The translations under genes and the position numbers were made by a program. Below, piece after piece: positions 32,451-44,348 of a stretch of 64,000 nucleotides of DNA. The notes below the pieces were generated by a model. That model was given only the letters and a program-made list of their open reading frames with translations. It searched no databases and was not told where the DNA came from. The DNA comes from Lysobacterales bacterium (GTDB lineage: Bacteria; Pseudomonadota; Gammaproteobacteria; Xanthomonadales; UBA2363), in the NCBI GenBank assembly GCA_035911475.1, contig JAMHVM010000125.1, positions 18,504-82,503 on the forward strand. The letters run 5' to 3'. Within the stretch, counting starts at the first letter, position 1; each line of letters opens with the position of its first letter.

Positions 32451-33221
32451 CTATGTCATCGCGCTCAGGATCACCGGCAATATCTCCCCGGCACGGCCGC
32501 GCAGGCAGCGGTCGAAATGCGTGCTGCATGGCGTCGCGGTCGGATTGATCTCGACCACGAATGCGCCTTGACGTCGCGCCAGCAGCGGCAGTTCGGCGGC
32601 TGGCCAGACCTGCGCCGAGGTGCCGATGCTGAGCACCACCTCCGCTGATTTCGCAGCCTCCGTGGCTGCAGCCAGCACCGCTGGCGGCAGCTCTTCGCCG
32701 AACCAGACCACGCCCGGACGCAGTGGCCGGCCGGCGTCGTCGTGTGCCGGTTCGTCGCCGGGCGGGTCGGGCCAGTCATGTTGTTGCGCGGGATCGCCGT
32801 CGAAGGCATGCAGGCGATGGATGGAACCGTGCAGCTCCAGCACATCGCGGCTGCCGGCGCGCTGATGCAGGCCGTCCACGTTCTGGGTGACCAGGGTGAG
32901 TGCGCGGACCCGGTCGGCCAGCTGTGCCAGGGCGTGGTGTCCCGGATTGGGTTCGGCCGCGAGCACACCTGCGCGACGCCAGGCATACCAGCGCCAGACC
33001 AGGCCGGGATCGCGCAGGAAGGCCTCCGGCGTGGCCAGATCCTCGGCGCGGTAGCGTGCCCACAAGCCGGTCTGCGCATCGCGGAAGGTGGCGATGCCGC
33101 TTTCGGCGGAGATGCCGGCGCCGGTGAGCACCATCACCGAAGCGGCATCGCGCAGCCGTCGGGCCAGATCGATGATCGTGGCATCGGCCCCGGCCAGCGG
33201 CATGGAGGTGTTCGCGGGCAT
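32451..33221 (-). CDS. cobB: NAD-dependent protein deacylase (class III sirtuin) lacking zinc-ribbon cysteines
   Basis: GAGISAESGIATFR, TQNVDGLH, LHGS, LRPGVVWFGE, GTS; YxxR (WYAWR) desuccinylase motif. Confidence 0.92.
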   Translation of the reverse strand: MPANTSMPLAGADATIIDLARRLRDAASVMVLTGAGISAESGIATFRDAQTGLWARYRAEDLATPEAFLRDPGLVWRWYAWRRAGVLAAEPNPGHHALAQLADRVRALTLVTQNVDGLHQRAGSRDVLELHGSIHRLHAFDGDPAQQHDWPDPPGDEPAHDDAGRPLRPGVVWFGEELPPAVLAAATEAAKSAEVVLSIGTSAQVWPAAELPLLARRQGAFVVEINPTATPCSTHFDRCLRGRAGEILPVILSAMT

Positions 33222-33315
33222 GTGGACTCCGGATGGTCGTCAACGATGATAGCGGCACGATCGCTGCTGCCCGACGGCGTATGCTGCGCGGATCGACCTC
33301 TTCGGAGTTGCTGAC

Positions 33316-35022
<1,707 letters not shown>

Positions 35023-35071
35023 GCGACTTTGTGGTAATTTTTATGAAACTGTCGCCGCCAAGAATGTGTCG

Positions 35072-36205
35072 ATGAAGATCGGTTTGACCCTTGTGTTCGC
35101 GTTCGTGCTGGCCCTGATGGTCGGCGCTGCGTCGGCGTCACCACCGGATGATCTGGATCCGGCAGTGCGAGAATCGTTGGCGGCATGGGAACGCGACTAC
35201 CAACAGACGCTGAAGCATCGTGTGGAGCAGCTCGTTGTCCGCGACGACTCGCGCTCGCTGCTGGCGGCAGCGGAGCTGACCGTCGAGGTGCCGCTCGGCG
35301 TGATGCCGGTTGACGCCGAACAGCGTGCCCGCGACCAGGCAGCCGCGGATGCCTTGCTGGCCCGGTCGATCGCCAGCGAACCGGTGGAACTGCTGGCTCT
35401 TTGGCGAGCCGCCAGCCGATGTCAGGTCACCGACGTTGCCTGCGACAGGACGGCGCTGTGGCAGCGTCTGGCCGAACGCGATCCCGACAACGCCATGGTC
35501 TGGTTGACCCTGGCCGCGGATGCCAGGCGTCGCGGGGACGTGGCACAGGCTGACCGGCTCCTTCTGAAGGCGTCATCGATGCCGCGCAACGACGCCTACG
35601 ATGTCCGCTTTGGCCGCTTGCTGCTCGATGCGCACGACGGATTCCTTCTGCCCAAAATCACCCCGGACGTGGCCTCGGCATTGGCGAGTGTGCTCGGCAG
35701 TGGTCAGAATGCTGCCGGGGAATTGCCCTTCGACATCATTAACCTGCTGATGATCGGGCGCTGGTCCGCGCATGCATTCCCGGCCCTGAGCGACATCAGC
35801 GTGTTCTGCTCGATGCAGCAGGCGGAAGAGCTGGCAGCGACGCGGCGCGATGCCTGTCGGGCATCGCTGGAGACCATGACCGGGACGGCCACCACCGTTC
35901 TTGTCCGCAAGGCGGCGCTGTCGTTCATGGCTCGACTCACGCAAGACCAACCCGACGGCGACAGATGGCTGGAAGCACTTCGGCAGGCCGAGTGGCGCAT
36001 CGAGCACTACTACAGCCTGTCGTCAGCGAACCCGTCCGGCGAGTTGGCGCCCGGGCATTTCCGCCGGGTGCTGCGCGATGGCGAACTGGCCGCCCTGGAT
36101 CATGCCCTGGGTGTTGCCGGGATGGATGTTGCGCCAGCACCGGACGACTGGATTTCACCATCGGTCGCTGCGCTCGAGCTGCTCGATGGCAAGGCAGCCC
36201 GGTAG
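35072..36205 (+). CDS. Secreted helical hypothetical protein with several Cys
   Basis: Signal peptide MKIGLTLVFAFVLALMVGAASA-SP; coding-like codon usage; no family recognised. Confidence 0.75.
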   Translation: MKIGLTLVFAFVLALMVGAASASPPDDLDPAVRESLAAWERDYQQTLKHRVEQLVVRDDSRSLLAAAELTVEVPLGVMPVDAEQRARDQAAADALLARSIASEPVELLALWRAASRCQVTDVACDRTALWQRLAERDPDNAMVWLTLAADARRRGDVAQADRLLLKASSMPRNDAYDVRFGRLLLDAHDGFLLPKITPDVASALASVLGSGQNAAGELPFDIINLLMIGRWSAHAFPALSDISVFCSMQQAEELAATRRDACRASLETMTGTATTVLVRKAALSFMARLTQDQPDGDRWLEALRQAEWRIEHYYSLSSANPSGELAPGHFRRVLRDGELAALDHALGVAGMDVAPAPDDWISPSVAALELLDGKAAR

Positions 36206-36346
36206 TCGGGCTGCTGGCGTTGCGGACGCTGGCGTGCGCCGGAGTTGATCTGGCAAAGCGACCGCAGGGGACGACCTTGCCGGTTCGGATGAAAGCCCCA
36301 CCATCTGGCCGGCACCGTCGAACCTGTGCCGGCCGGATCGTCTGCC

Positions 36347-39202
36347 TCACTCGAAGCCGTTGGCGAAGATCGCCTCGCTGAGCGCCACACCGCCCTGGAA
36401 CAGGATGGCGCCGCTGGCGGCACGCAGATCGCCCAGCGCGTTGTCGGTGAGCTGCCCGGTCCAGGTGGAGCCGTCGCGTGTCACCGGGAAATTGCGCCAG
36501 GCGTAGCTGTACGGCTGATCCGGGGTCAGCGGCGCATAGACCCGGAACACCAGGCCGTTGTCGGGCACCTCGCCGTGCCAGGTCAGATGCAGCAGCGCCT
36601 GCTGGCAGTCGTTGATGTCCAGCCGGATCAGGCCGAACGGGTAGTCATTGCCGGGATCGACCGGGAACTGCTGGATGTCCAGCGTGTGGGTATTCTCCAT
36701 GCGCTGGCAGGCACCGGATTGCGCTTCCAGCTCGGCGGTGAGATAGGCATCGCCACCGCGGGCGGCATCGCCGGCGCCACGCAGCGAGGCGACATGTTCC
36801 TGCACGGTATCGGGGATGCCGTCGCTGTTGCCGTCACCGCCGTTGGGTGCACCGGCCTCGATGCTGTTGGGCACACCGTCGGCGTCCTCGTCCGGGACCT
36901 GGTCGATCTCGTAGACACCGTTGCGGGTGCCGGCGTACAGGCGTGGCACCGCGCCGGAACGATCCAGGTCCAGCGCCAGTGCGGCACTGCTGGGCAGGCC
37001 GATGCTGTACGAGGTCCAGGTGGCGCCACCGTCGATGGTGCGATAGACGCCACCCGGGTTGGTCTCCGAGCCGGTCGAGCCGGCATAGACGACATCGGCA
37101 TCGGTCGGGTCGACCAGCACCACGCGGATGTCGGCGTCGGGGGCGATACCGTCGCTGGCTTCGACCCAGCTCGAACCGGCGTCGGTCGACTTGTAGATGC
37201 GAGCGTCGAACATGTCGCGATTCACCGCCGCGTACAAAGTCGAGGGTTGCGACTTCGCCAGTGCCAGCGCCAGCACGCTGCGGTGCGGGCTGTCGGGATT
37301 GCCAGGTTGCAGCGCCGGCAGGCCGTTGCTGCTGTGCAACCAGGTGGCGCCGGCATCCGTGCTCTTGAACACGCCATTGACCACACCCTGCGAGGTTAGT
37401 GGTTCGGGGATGTCGCCGCCGCTCCCGGGTACGGTGCTGAACGTGCCCACGTACAAGATGTTCGGGTTGGCCGGGTCGATCACGATCTGGGAAGCCTGCA
37501 CGCTGTGGGCGTGGTTGTTGGTCAGGCTCCACGTCGGAATCGGCAGACCGGTATCGGCAGCGCTCCAGCTGACGCCGGCGTCGCTGCTCTTGTAGATGCG
37601 CGCGGCGCGCACGGTCGGTACACCGGTGACGAAGTCGTAGGTGATCCGGCCGCTGCCGCTGAGATACAGGGTCTGCAGGGGACCGGTGCCGCCGGGCGCG
37701 CCGCCGGACGAGGGATCGCCGACCACGCTGCGGGCGGTCGAGAAGTAGCTTTGGGAATACGGTCCCGTGGGGCCGTTGGTGACGTAGGTGGGAATGCCGT
37801 TGTCGACGGTACTCCAGGTGGTGCCGCCATCCGTGCTCTTGAAGACACCGGCGTTGCCGTCACGCACGTCGCCGTCCAGCGCAAACAGCGGTTGTCCATA
37901 GCCGGAGGCGTAGAGCGTGGTGGTGAACGGGTTGCCGGACGTGTTGGGGTCCACGAACAGGCTGCGCAGCCCGCTGGCCTCCAGCGTCGGCGAGGCGGTG
38001 AACCAGCTGTTGCCGCGGTCGACGGAACGGAACAGGCCATCGCTGGGCGTGTTGAAGGCGTCACCGTAGCCGGCGTAGAGCCACTGTGGCTGCGACGGAT
38101 GCACGGCAACCGCGCGGATGGCGGCCTGGCGCAGGCCGTCATTGCGGCGCAGCCAGGTGGCGCCGCCATCGGGGCTCACGAAGAATCCGGTGAAGGTGGC
38201 ACCGGCATACAGGGCGATCGGATTCGCCGGGTCGAAGGCCAGCGCATACACGCCGTTGCTGTAGCCGCCGGCCACCGGCTGGATGCCGGCACCGATCTCC
38301 GTGTAGTTCAAGCCGCCGTCGGTCGTCCGGGCCAGGCCGTGCTGCGTTCCCAGCCACCACTGGTTGGGATCATCGGGGTGCGCGACCACGCGCAGGATGT
38401 TGCCGGTTCGCGCCAGTCCGGTCAGCGCCATGGTGTCGAAGGTGCTGCCACCGTCGGTGCTGCGCAGGAACTGGCTGCTGCTGACTGCGAGCAGGATGTT
38501 GCCGGGTGCGGCGGTGAACGCAGCGCTGCGATAGCCGAATCCGGACAGCCAGAACGACGGCAAACCGGTCAGCGTGGACGTCGACCAGGTCAGGCCACCG
38601 TCGGTGCTGCGCACGACCTGGCCACCGGTGGTCTCGTCCGCGCCGAGCGCCAGCAGACGGCCGGCCACGTGTGGATCGGCATGCAGCTGGTAGATGTAGT
38701 CCGGCAAGCCGACGGCCGGCAACGCGGTCCAGTTCAACCCGCTGTCGACGCTGCGGTACAGTGATCCTGCCGAGCTCAGCCACAGCGCGCCCGGCACATG
38801 CGGATCGAAGCCGACATCGTAGATGTCGCCCGGAGCCGGCAGGCCAGCATTGATCAGCTGCCAGCTGGCGCCGGCATCGGTGCTGCGATAGAGGTTCGAC
38901 ACGTTGCTGACCAGCAGATGGTCGCTGTCGTTGGGGTCCATGCGCAGGATGACGAAACCTGGCGAGTGCGGGGCGATGGTCAGCGGAGTCCAGGCCAGGC
39001 CGCCATTGGTCGACTTGTAGACGCGGTTCGAGGCTACCGCGTAGACGGTGCCGGGATTGGCCAGGTCCAGCACCACGTCCTGCACATCGCCGCCGGTGGG
39101 TCCGGCCGAGGTCCAGGTGCCGGCACCGGCCAGTCCTTCGGACGGACGCAGCGTCAGGGCGAACAAGGCAACAAGCAGCAAGGTCGAGAAGGTGCGTTTC
39201 AA
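36347..39202 (-). CDS. Secreted BNR/Asp-box beta-propeller protein with C-terminal choice-of-anchor-U-like domain and EAIFANGFE tail
   Basis: Signal peptide; many S/T-x-D-G-G-x-T/S-W Asp boxes; DGNSDGIPDTVQEHVASL...YPFGLIRLDI...LTDNALGD; ends EAIFANGFE. Confidence 0.88.
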   Translation of the reverse strand: MKRTFSTLLLVALFALTLRPSEGLAGAGTWTSAGPTGGDVQDVVLDLANPGTVYAVASNRVYKSTNGGLAWTPLTIAPHSPGFVILRMDPNDSDHLLVSNVSNLYRSTDAGASWQLINAGLPAPGDIYDVGFDPHVPGALWLSSAGSLYRSVDSGLNWTALPAVGLPDYIYQLHADPHVAGRLLALGADETTGGQVVRSTDGGLTWSTSTLTGLPSFWLSGFGYRSAAFTAAPGNILLAVSSSQFLRSTDGGSTFDTMALTGLARTGNILRVVAHPDDPNQWWLGTQHGLARTTDGGLNYTEIGAGIQPVAGGYSNGVYALAFDPANPIALYAGATFTGFFVSPDGGATWLRRNDGLRQAAIRAVAVHPSQPQWLYAGYGDAFNTPSDGLFRSVDRGNSWFTASPTLEASGLRSLFVDPNTSGNPFTTTLYASGYGQPLFALDGDVRDGNAGVFKSTDGGTTWSTVDNGIPTYVTNGPTGPYSQSYFSTARSVVGDPSSGGAPGGTGPLQTLYLSGSGRITYDFVTGVPTVRAARIYKSSDAGVSWSAADTGLPIPTWSLTNNHAHSVQASQIVIDPANPNILYVGTFSTVPGSGGDIPEPLTSQGVVNGVFKSTDAGATWLHSSNGLPALQPGNPDSPHRSVLALALAKSQPSTLYAAVNRDMFDARIYKSTDAGSSWVEASDGIAPDADIRVVLVDPTDADVVYAGSTGSETNPGGVYRTIDGGATWTSYSIGLPSSAALALDLDRSGAVPRLYAGTRNGVYEIDQVPDEDADGVPNSIEAGAPNGGDGNSDGIPDTVQEHVASLRGAGDAARGGDAYLTAELEAQSGACQRMENTHTLDIQQFPVDPGNDYPFGLIRLDINDCQQALLHLTWHGEVPDNGLVFRVYAPLTPDQPYSYAWRNFPVTRDGSTWTGQLTDNALGDLRAASGAILFQGGVALSEAIFANGFE

Positions 39203-39672
39203 GCGGGATGCTCCTGGAAAAGGTTGCTTCGACAGTCGCTTGGCGTTGGTCCCGAAGCATCGTAGGGGACCACAGGCCAGCCGTGTCGCAAAGGCGCCCG
39301 GAGTTCAGGACGCGGGCAGCGTCCAGTGAACATTCGGGCTACGCATTGGGAAACGGCAAAACCGGCCGAAATCTGCCGTCCGATGACAGGCCTCGTGCCG
39401 GAATACGTTACTCGATGGAAAGGGCCGGATTCCGGCGGGCGAATCCATCAGGATCCGCTTCCGCATGCCGCCCCTGCCAACGCGGTCGAAGAGATCAATT
39501 TCCCGCAATCATTGGCTCAGGTCGATAGACGACCGTTGCCGCCGCCCTTTTCCCGATCCATGCCGGGATCTGACGGAGGGGCGCCGAACCGGATCACTCG
39601 GATGAATGGATCCGGCCGGCGTCTTGTCGCATCAGCGGATTGATGTGGTCTCGCTGACGCTTTCCGGCACCG

Positions 39673-40467
39673 CTACTGACGACGAATCGCGACCAACGCG
39701 ACCAGCGCCAGCAACACACTCAGGATCAGGATGCTGCTCAAGGAGCCCGATGGGACCGGCACGTACGGACGCGGATCCGGGCCGCCAGGGCCTCCGATAG
39801 GGGTGCCGCTGCCCAGGGTGATGTTGTCGAAGCCGACTTGGTTGACGGTGCCGCCGAAGTCGACCGAGCGGGCAACACCGCTGAAGGTGACGCCGATCGG
39901 CACGAGCGGGCTGAACTGTCCGGTCGGGTCGGGTGCACCATTGGCCGGAGTCAATGGCAGGTTCAACGACGCCAGCAAGTTGCCGGTACCGTCCAGGCCA
40001 TCGAACACACGCACGATTCCGGGATTGCTGATGGCCGAATAGAAGAAGGAAAAACCAACTTCAAATCCGGCCGGAACATTCATCGTGGCGGCGCCACCTT
40101 GGCCGGGGTCCAGGAAGAACAGGATGGTGTCGGGGCTGGGTTCGCCGCCGAAGTTGCCTGTGCCACCGGCATCTGCGTCGATGATGGCCAGCGAATTCGA
40201 CGAGAAGGAAACACCGAAGTTGGTTCCAGGGCCACTGCCGTTGCCGCCGTTGCCGCCGTTGTAGAACTCCAGCACGGCCTCCTGGTTTCCCAGACCTTCG
40301 AAGTCGAGCAGGATCGTGCCACCGCCGCGGGCAGATGACGGCGGTTTCGGGACGGCCGTGGCCACCGCGTCGTGGTCGTGGATTCCCGTCTGTGCCAGCA
40401 CCGGTGTGCAAGGCAACAGCAGGGCGCCTGCCAGCGCCAGGGCGCGGACGCCATTCAAGGTGTTCAT
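39673..40467 (-). CDS. Secreted surface protein with IPTL-CTERM/PEP-CTERM-like C-terminal anchor
   Basis: Signal peptide; ILLDFEGL...GFDNITLG beta-rich domain; C-terminus VPVPSGSLSSILILSVLLALVALVAIRRQ (motif + TM helix + basic residues); RBS GGAGG. Confidence 0.85.
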   Translation of the reverse strand: MNTLNGVRALALAGALLLPCTPVLAQTGIHDHDAVATAVPKPPSSARGGGTILLDFEGLGNQEAVLEFYNGGNGGNGSGPGTNFGVSFSSNSLAIIDADAGGTGNFGGEPSPDTILFFLDPGQGGAATMNVPAGFEVGFSFFYSAISNPGIVRVFDGLDGTGNLLASLNLPLTPANGAPDPTGQFSPLVPIGVTFSGVARSVDFGGTVNQVGFDNITLGSGTPIGGPGGPDPRPYVPVPSGSLSSILILSVLLALVALVAIRRQ

Positions 40468-40672
40468 GAGTTTTCCTCCCAAGGATTGTGTTACAACGAC
40501 AAGGGTCGAGTTTGCTCGTTCGACCCATAACTTCACTCTAAACGAAAAAAGCAGCGAATTTCGGTCACGGCCGGTCGAAGAGGCGCCAAAAGGGCGACAA
40601 CCGGCTCGGTTAGTCGTAGAAAAACGGGCGGCCCTGCCTGACGGAGCCGGAAGGTTGTCGGCGCAGCCGCGT

Positions 40673-41359
40673 TCAGGGCCGCTGGATCGACACCGGGCGC
40701 GCGACGGCCGGCGACCAGACCGCGGCGCCGACATGGTCGGGTCCGAGATCCAGTTCGGCGCAAGCCCAGTTCGTGGCCGGCGCTGCCGGGCCTTCCAGAT
40801 GGGCCAGATGCAACAGCCCGGTATCGTCGGGCTGGAAGCAGGGCTTGCCCAGCCCGTAGCCCAATCCGCGGCCGATGGCCTTGAACAGGGCTTCTTTCAT
40901 GGTCCACAGACGCAGGAAGGCATGATCCAGATCGTCCTGGGCGCGCAGCCAGTCGATTTCCGCTTGCGGAAAATGCCGTTGCGCGATGGCCAGTGCCTTC
41001 GGGCGTGGCCGGCGGATCTCCAGGTCGACGCCGATGTCGGCGCCCTCGACCAGGCCGAACAGCTGCCAGTCGCCGCTGTCGCTGGGATTGAAGCCCCAGT
41101 GCCCGAACGGTGCCGGCAGGTAGGGCTTGCCGTTCGGACCGCGGCGCATGGCGCCATGGTCGATGCCCGGCAATTCGCGATCCAGATGATCGCGGACCAA
41201 GGCGTTGCCGATGCGCTTGCGCGCCCGGTTGCGCTCCACCAGCCCGAGCGTCGCATCCGGTGGCGGCAAGGGGCACAGCCAGATGCGGATCGGCGCGGTT
41301 TCGTTCGGTGTCATGTCGACGGCGGTGCTCACGGGTGTGTTGTCTTCCAGCTTGATCAC
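40673..41359 (-). CDS. 4'-phosphopantetheinyl transferase (Sfp/HetI type)
   Basis: GPNGKPYL, IGVDLE, FLRLWTMKEALFKAIGRGL. Confidence 0.9.
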   Translation of the reverse strand: MIKLEDNTPVSTAVDMTPNETAPIRIWLCPLPPPDATLGLVERNRARKRIGNALVRDHLDRELPGIDHGAMRRGPNGKPYLPAPFGHWGFNPSDSGDWQLFGLVEGADIGVDLEIRRPRPKALAIAQRHFPQAEIDWLRAQDDLDHAFLRLWTMKEALFKAIGRGLGYGLGKPCFQPDDTGLLHLAHLEGPAAPATNWACAELDLGPDHVGAAVWSPAVARPVSIQRP

Positions 41360-42531
41360 AGGCGATAGAGAAGGTCGTGGTCGAAGCCGGAAACGATCGC
41401 CGGATCCAGTTGCCGCGTCAGCGCCATGACCTGGAAACGCTCACCCATTGAGCCGGGCAGCATCAGCTGCTTGATCGCGTTCATCGCCGCCATGCGCTGT
41501 GGCAGTGGCAGCGCCTGCGCGTCGGCCAGGAAGCCGGCCATGTCGTTGCCGATCAGGAACTGTGCCTGCGAGGTGTAGCCGGCCACCTCCAGGCCACAGG
41601 CATCGGCGGCCTCTGCCAGCGCGGTGAAGTCGACGAAGGCGGTGATGTCCTGCAGGCCGGGCCACCACAACGGATCACCGTGGGCACGATGACGGTAGTG
41701 GCAGACCAGGGTGCCGTCGCGGCGCTCGGGCAGGTAGTACTCGTGGCGCGGGTAGCCGTAGTCCACGAACAGGCACAGGCCTTGTTGCAGGTTGGCGCTG
41801 ACATCGGCCAGCCAGGGGGCCAGTTGCGCGTGCAGCTCCGAGCGGTACGGCAGCGGCAAGGCATTGGCGCGATCGCCGAAACGTTGCTTCATCAGCCTGG
41901 TGAGTTCGGGTGTCGCTGGTCGGCGGTCGCGAACCAGGCCGTGCCGCTGATCCATGCCGACGGTCTCCTCGAACCAGCCATCGACCGCTAGCTCGAAGCG
42001 CGTGGCCGGCAGCGCATCGATGACCTCGTTGGCGATGATGGCGCCGCGCCAGGGTTCGGCCGGTGGCGTATCCAGCCAGGTCACGCGATCGAGCAGATCC
42101 GGACAATGTGTGCCGATGGCATCGCGCTGGCGTTCGCGCAGGTCCGCGCTGATGTCCAGGATGGCGTAGCGCGCGGGTAGCGCATCGACGGTGGCAAGCG
42201 CCTTGAGCAGATCAACGGCGAGGGCACCGCTGCCACCGCCGATCTCCAGCAGCTGCCAGTCGGTCAGCGGTGACATCGCCTGACGCAGGCAATGCGCCAG
42301 GGCATGTGCGAACGCTGGCCCGAGCTCCGGCGCCGTGACGAAGTCGCCGGCCGCGCCGAACTTGCGGCTGCCGGCGCTGTAGTAGCCCAGTCCCGGTGCG
42401 TAAAGCGCCAGCTCCATGAACCGGGCAAAGGGCAACGGACCTTCGGCGGCAATGCGGTCCCGGATGTGTGCCGCGACATGCTCGCCGTGGGCACGGGCCT
42501 CGGCATCAGGCTCCGGCAGCGATGGGCTCAT
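41356..42531 (-). CDS. SAM-dependent methyltransferase, MidA/NDUFAF7 family
   Basis: FMELALYAPGLGYY, GDFVTAPE, LEIGGGSG, ANEVIDALP, DYGY, QDITAFVDF; start ATG 42531. Confidence 0.92.
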   Translation of the reverse strand: MSPSLPEPDAEARAHGEHVAAHIRDRIAAEGPLPFARFMELALYAPGLGYYSAGSRKFGAAGDFVTAPELGPAFAHALAHCLRQAMSPLTDWQLLEIGGGSGALAVDLLKALATVDALPARYAILDISADLRERQRDAIGTHCPDLLDRVTWLDTPPAEPWRGAIIANEVIDALPATRFELAVDGWFEETVGMDQRHGLVRDRRPATPELTRLMKQRFGDRANALPLPYRSELHAQLAPWLADVSANLQQGLCLFVDYGYPRHEYYLPERRDGTLVCHYRHRAHGDPLWWPGLQDITAFVDFTALAEAADACGLEVAGYTSQAQFLIGNDMAGFLADAQALPLPQRMAAMNAIKQLMLPGSMGERFQVMALTRQLDPAIVSGFDHDLLYRL

Positions 42532-42821
42532 CGCGAAACGCGCCCGGATGGCTGGCCTGATTCCCGCGCAAGCGGCTGGCGACGCTGCTCGTGTTCGCGC
42601 CGCCAAGTGGATGGCAGCAGCAGGCAGTGCAGGGCGTTCGATGCGCGGTGCGAAGACATCGCGATAGCGTAACCGACCCGCCGACCACAGACCCGGCGGC
42701 TGGCTGCCTGTGGCCATCCGGGCAAGGGCAGGTCGATCATCGCACCCGCCCGGTAGAACCCGACCGCGCCCGCTGGGGTATGCTCGCCGCCGATCCGTTC
42801 ACCGACCTCCGGGGAGTCCGC

Positions 42822-44309
42822 ATGCGCGCCGATGCACCGCTGCTGATCACGTTTGCCGCCTACCTGTTGCTGATGGTCGGCATCGGCTTCTGGGCCTGGC
42901 GCTCCACCCGCACCTTCGACGACTACATCCTCGGTGGGCGATCCTTGAACAGCTACGTGACCGCGTTGGCTGCGGGTGCCTCCGACATGAGCGGCTGGTT
43001 GTTGATGGGCCTGCCGGGCGCCATCTACCTGTCCGGTCTCTCCGAGGCCTGGATCATGGTCGGACTCATTATCGGCGCCTGGGCCAACTGGCGCTTTGTC
43101 GCCGGGCCCCTGCGCGTGTACACCGAGCGCACCAACAACGCGCTGACCCTGCCGGACTATTTCACCCATCGCTTCGAGGACCGGCAGAAGCTGCTGCGCA
43201 TCTTCTCGGCACTGGTGATCCTGGTGTTCTTCGCCATCTACTGCGCCTCGGGCATCGTCGCTGGCGCGCGCCTGTTCGAAAGCGTGTTCGGGCTGCCCTA
43301 CGGCCAGGCGCTGTGGTGGGGCGCCGCGGTGACCATCGTCTACACCTTCGTCGGCGGTTTCCTGGCGGTGAGCTGGACCGACATGGTCCAGGCCACGCTG
43401 ATGATCTTCGCCCTGCTGCTGGTACCGATCGTGGTGGTGATCAGCAACGGCGGCATCACGCCCAGCCTGGAACTGATCGAGCAGGTTGATCCGAGCCGGC
43501 TGGCGATCTTCAGCGGTGGCGGCGCGATCGCGATGATCTCTATCCTGGCCTGGGGTCTGGGCTACTTTGGCCAGCCGCACATTCTGGCCCGGTTCATGGC
43601 CGCCGAAAGCGTGCGCACCATTCCGGCCGCGCGGCGCATCGCCATGACCTGGATGACGCTGTGCCTGGTCGGCGCGGTCGCCACCGGTTTCTTCGGCATC
43701 GCCTACTTCGCCGCCCATCCAGGCCAGGCCGCCGGTGTCACCGGCAACGCCGAGCGGGTGTTCATCGAGCTGTCGACCCGGCTGTTCAACCCGTGGATTG
43801 CCGGCATCCTGCTGTCGGCGATCCTGGCTGCCGTCATGAGCACGCTGTCGGCGCAACTGCTGGTCTGTGCCAGCGCGCTGACCGAAGACTTCTATCGCGG
43901 TTTCGTGCGGACCCGCGCCGGGCAGCGCGAGCTGGTCTGGGTCGGACGCGGAATGGTGTTGCTGGTGGCGTTGCTGGCGCTGTGGCTGGCGCGTGATCCG
44001 GATAGTCGGGTACTTGGCCTGGTGGCCTACGCCTGGGCCGGTTTCGGCGCGGCGTTCGGGCCGGTGGTGATCGGCTCGCTGACCTGGAAGCGCATGACCC
44101 GCGATGGTGCCCTGGCCGGCATGATCGTCGGCGCGGTTGTCGTGGTTCTGTGGAAGCAGACCGGCAGCGCCCTGTACGAAATGGTGCCGGGATTCATCGC
44201 TGCCAGCATCGCGATTGTTGTTGTCAGCCTGCTCGGCCGGCCACCATCGCAGGCCATCCAGGCCCGGCACGAACAGGTGCGCCTGTCCCTGCGCGAGAAC
44301 GGCTACTGA
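42822..44309 (+). CDS. putP: Sodium/proline symporter
   Basis: DYILGGRSL, ASDMSGWLLMGLPG, GYFGQPHILARFMA, AAVMST, AWAGFGAAFGP; start ATG 42822 with RBS GGGGAG. Confidence 0.95.
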   Translation: MRADAPLLITFAAYLLLMVGIGFWAWRSTRTFDDYILGGRSLNSYVTALAAGASDMSGWLLMGLPGAIYLSGLSEAWIMVGLIIGAWANWRFVAGPLRVYTERTNNALTLPDYFTHRFEDRQKLLRIFSALVILVFFAIYCASGIVAGARLFESVFGLPYGQALWWGAAVTIVYTFVGGFLAVSWTDMVQATLMIFALLLVPIVVVISNGGITPSLELIEQVDPSRLAIFSGGGAIAMISILAWGLGYFGQPHILARFMAAESVRTIPAARRIAMTWMTLCLVGAVATGFFGIAYFAAHPGQAAGVTGNAERVFIELSTRLFNPWIAGILLSAILAAVMSTLSAQLLVCASALTEDFYRGFVRTRAGQRELVWVGRGMVLLVALLALWLARDPDSRVLGLVAYAWAGFGAAFGPVVIGSLTWKRMTRDGALAGMIVGAVVVVLWKQTGSALYEMVPGFIAASIAIVVVSLLGRPPSQAIQARHEQVRLSLRENGY

Positions 44310-44348
44310 TTGCGGTTGTCACACCCAGACCATCGCAAGTCACACGCG

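Noticed and set aside
40673-41359. PPTase as a marker of a secondary-metabolite cluster
   Set aside because: No NRPS, PKS or carrier-protein genes in the window; it is translationally coupled to the housekeeping MidA methyltransferase.
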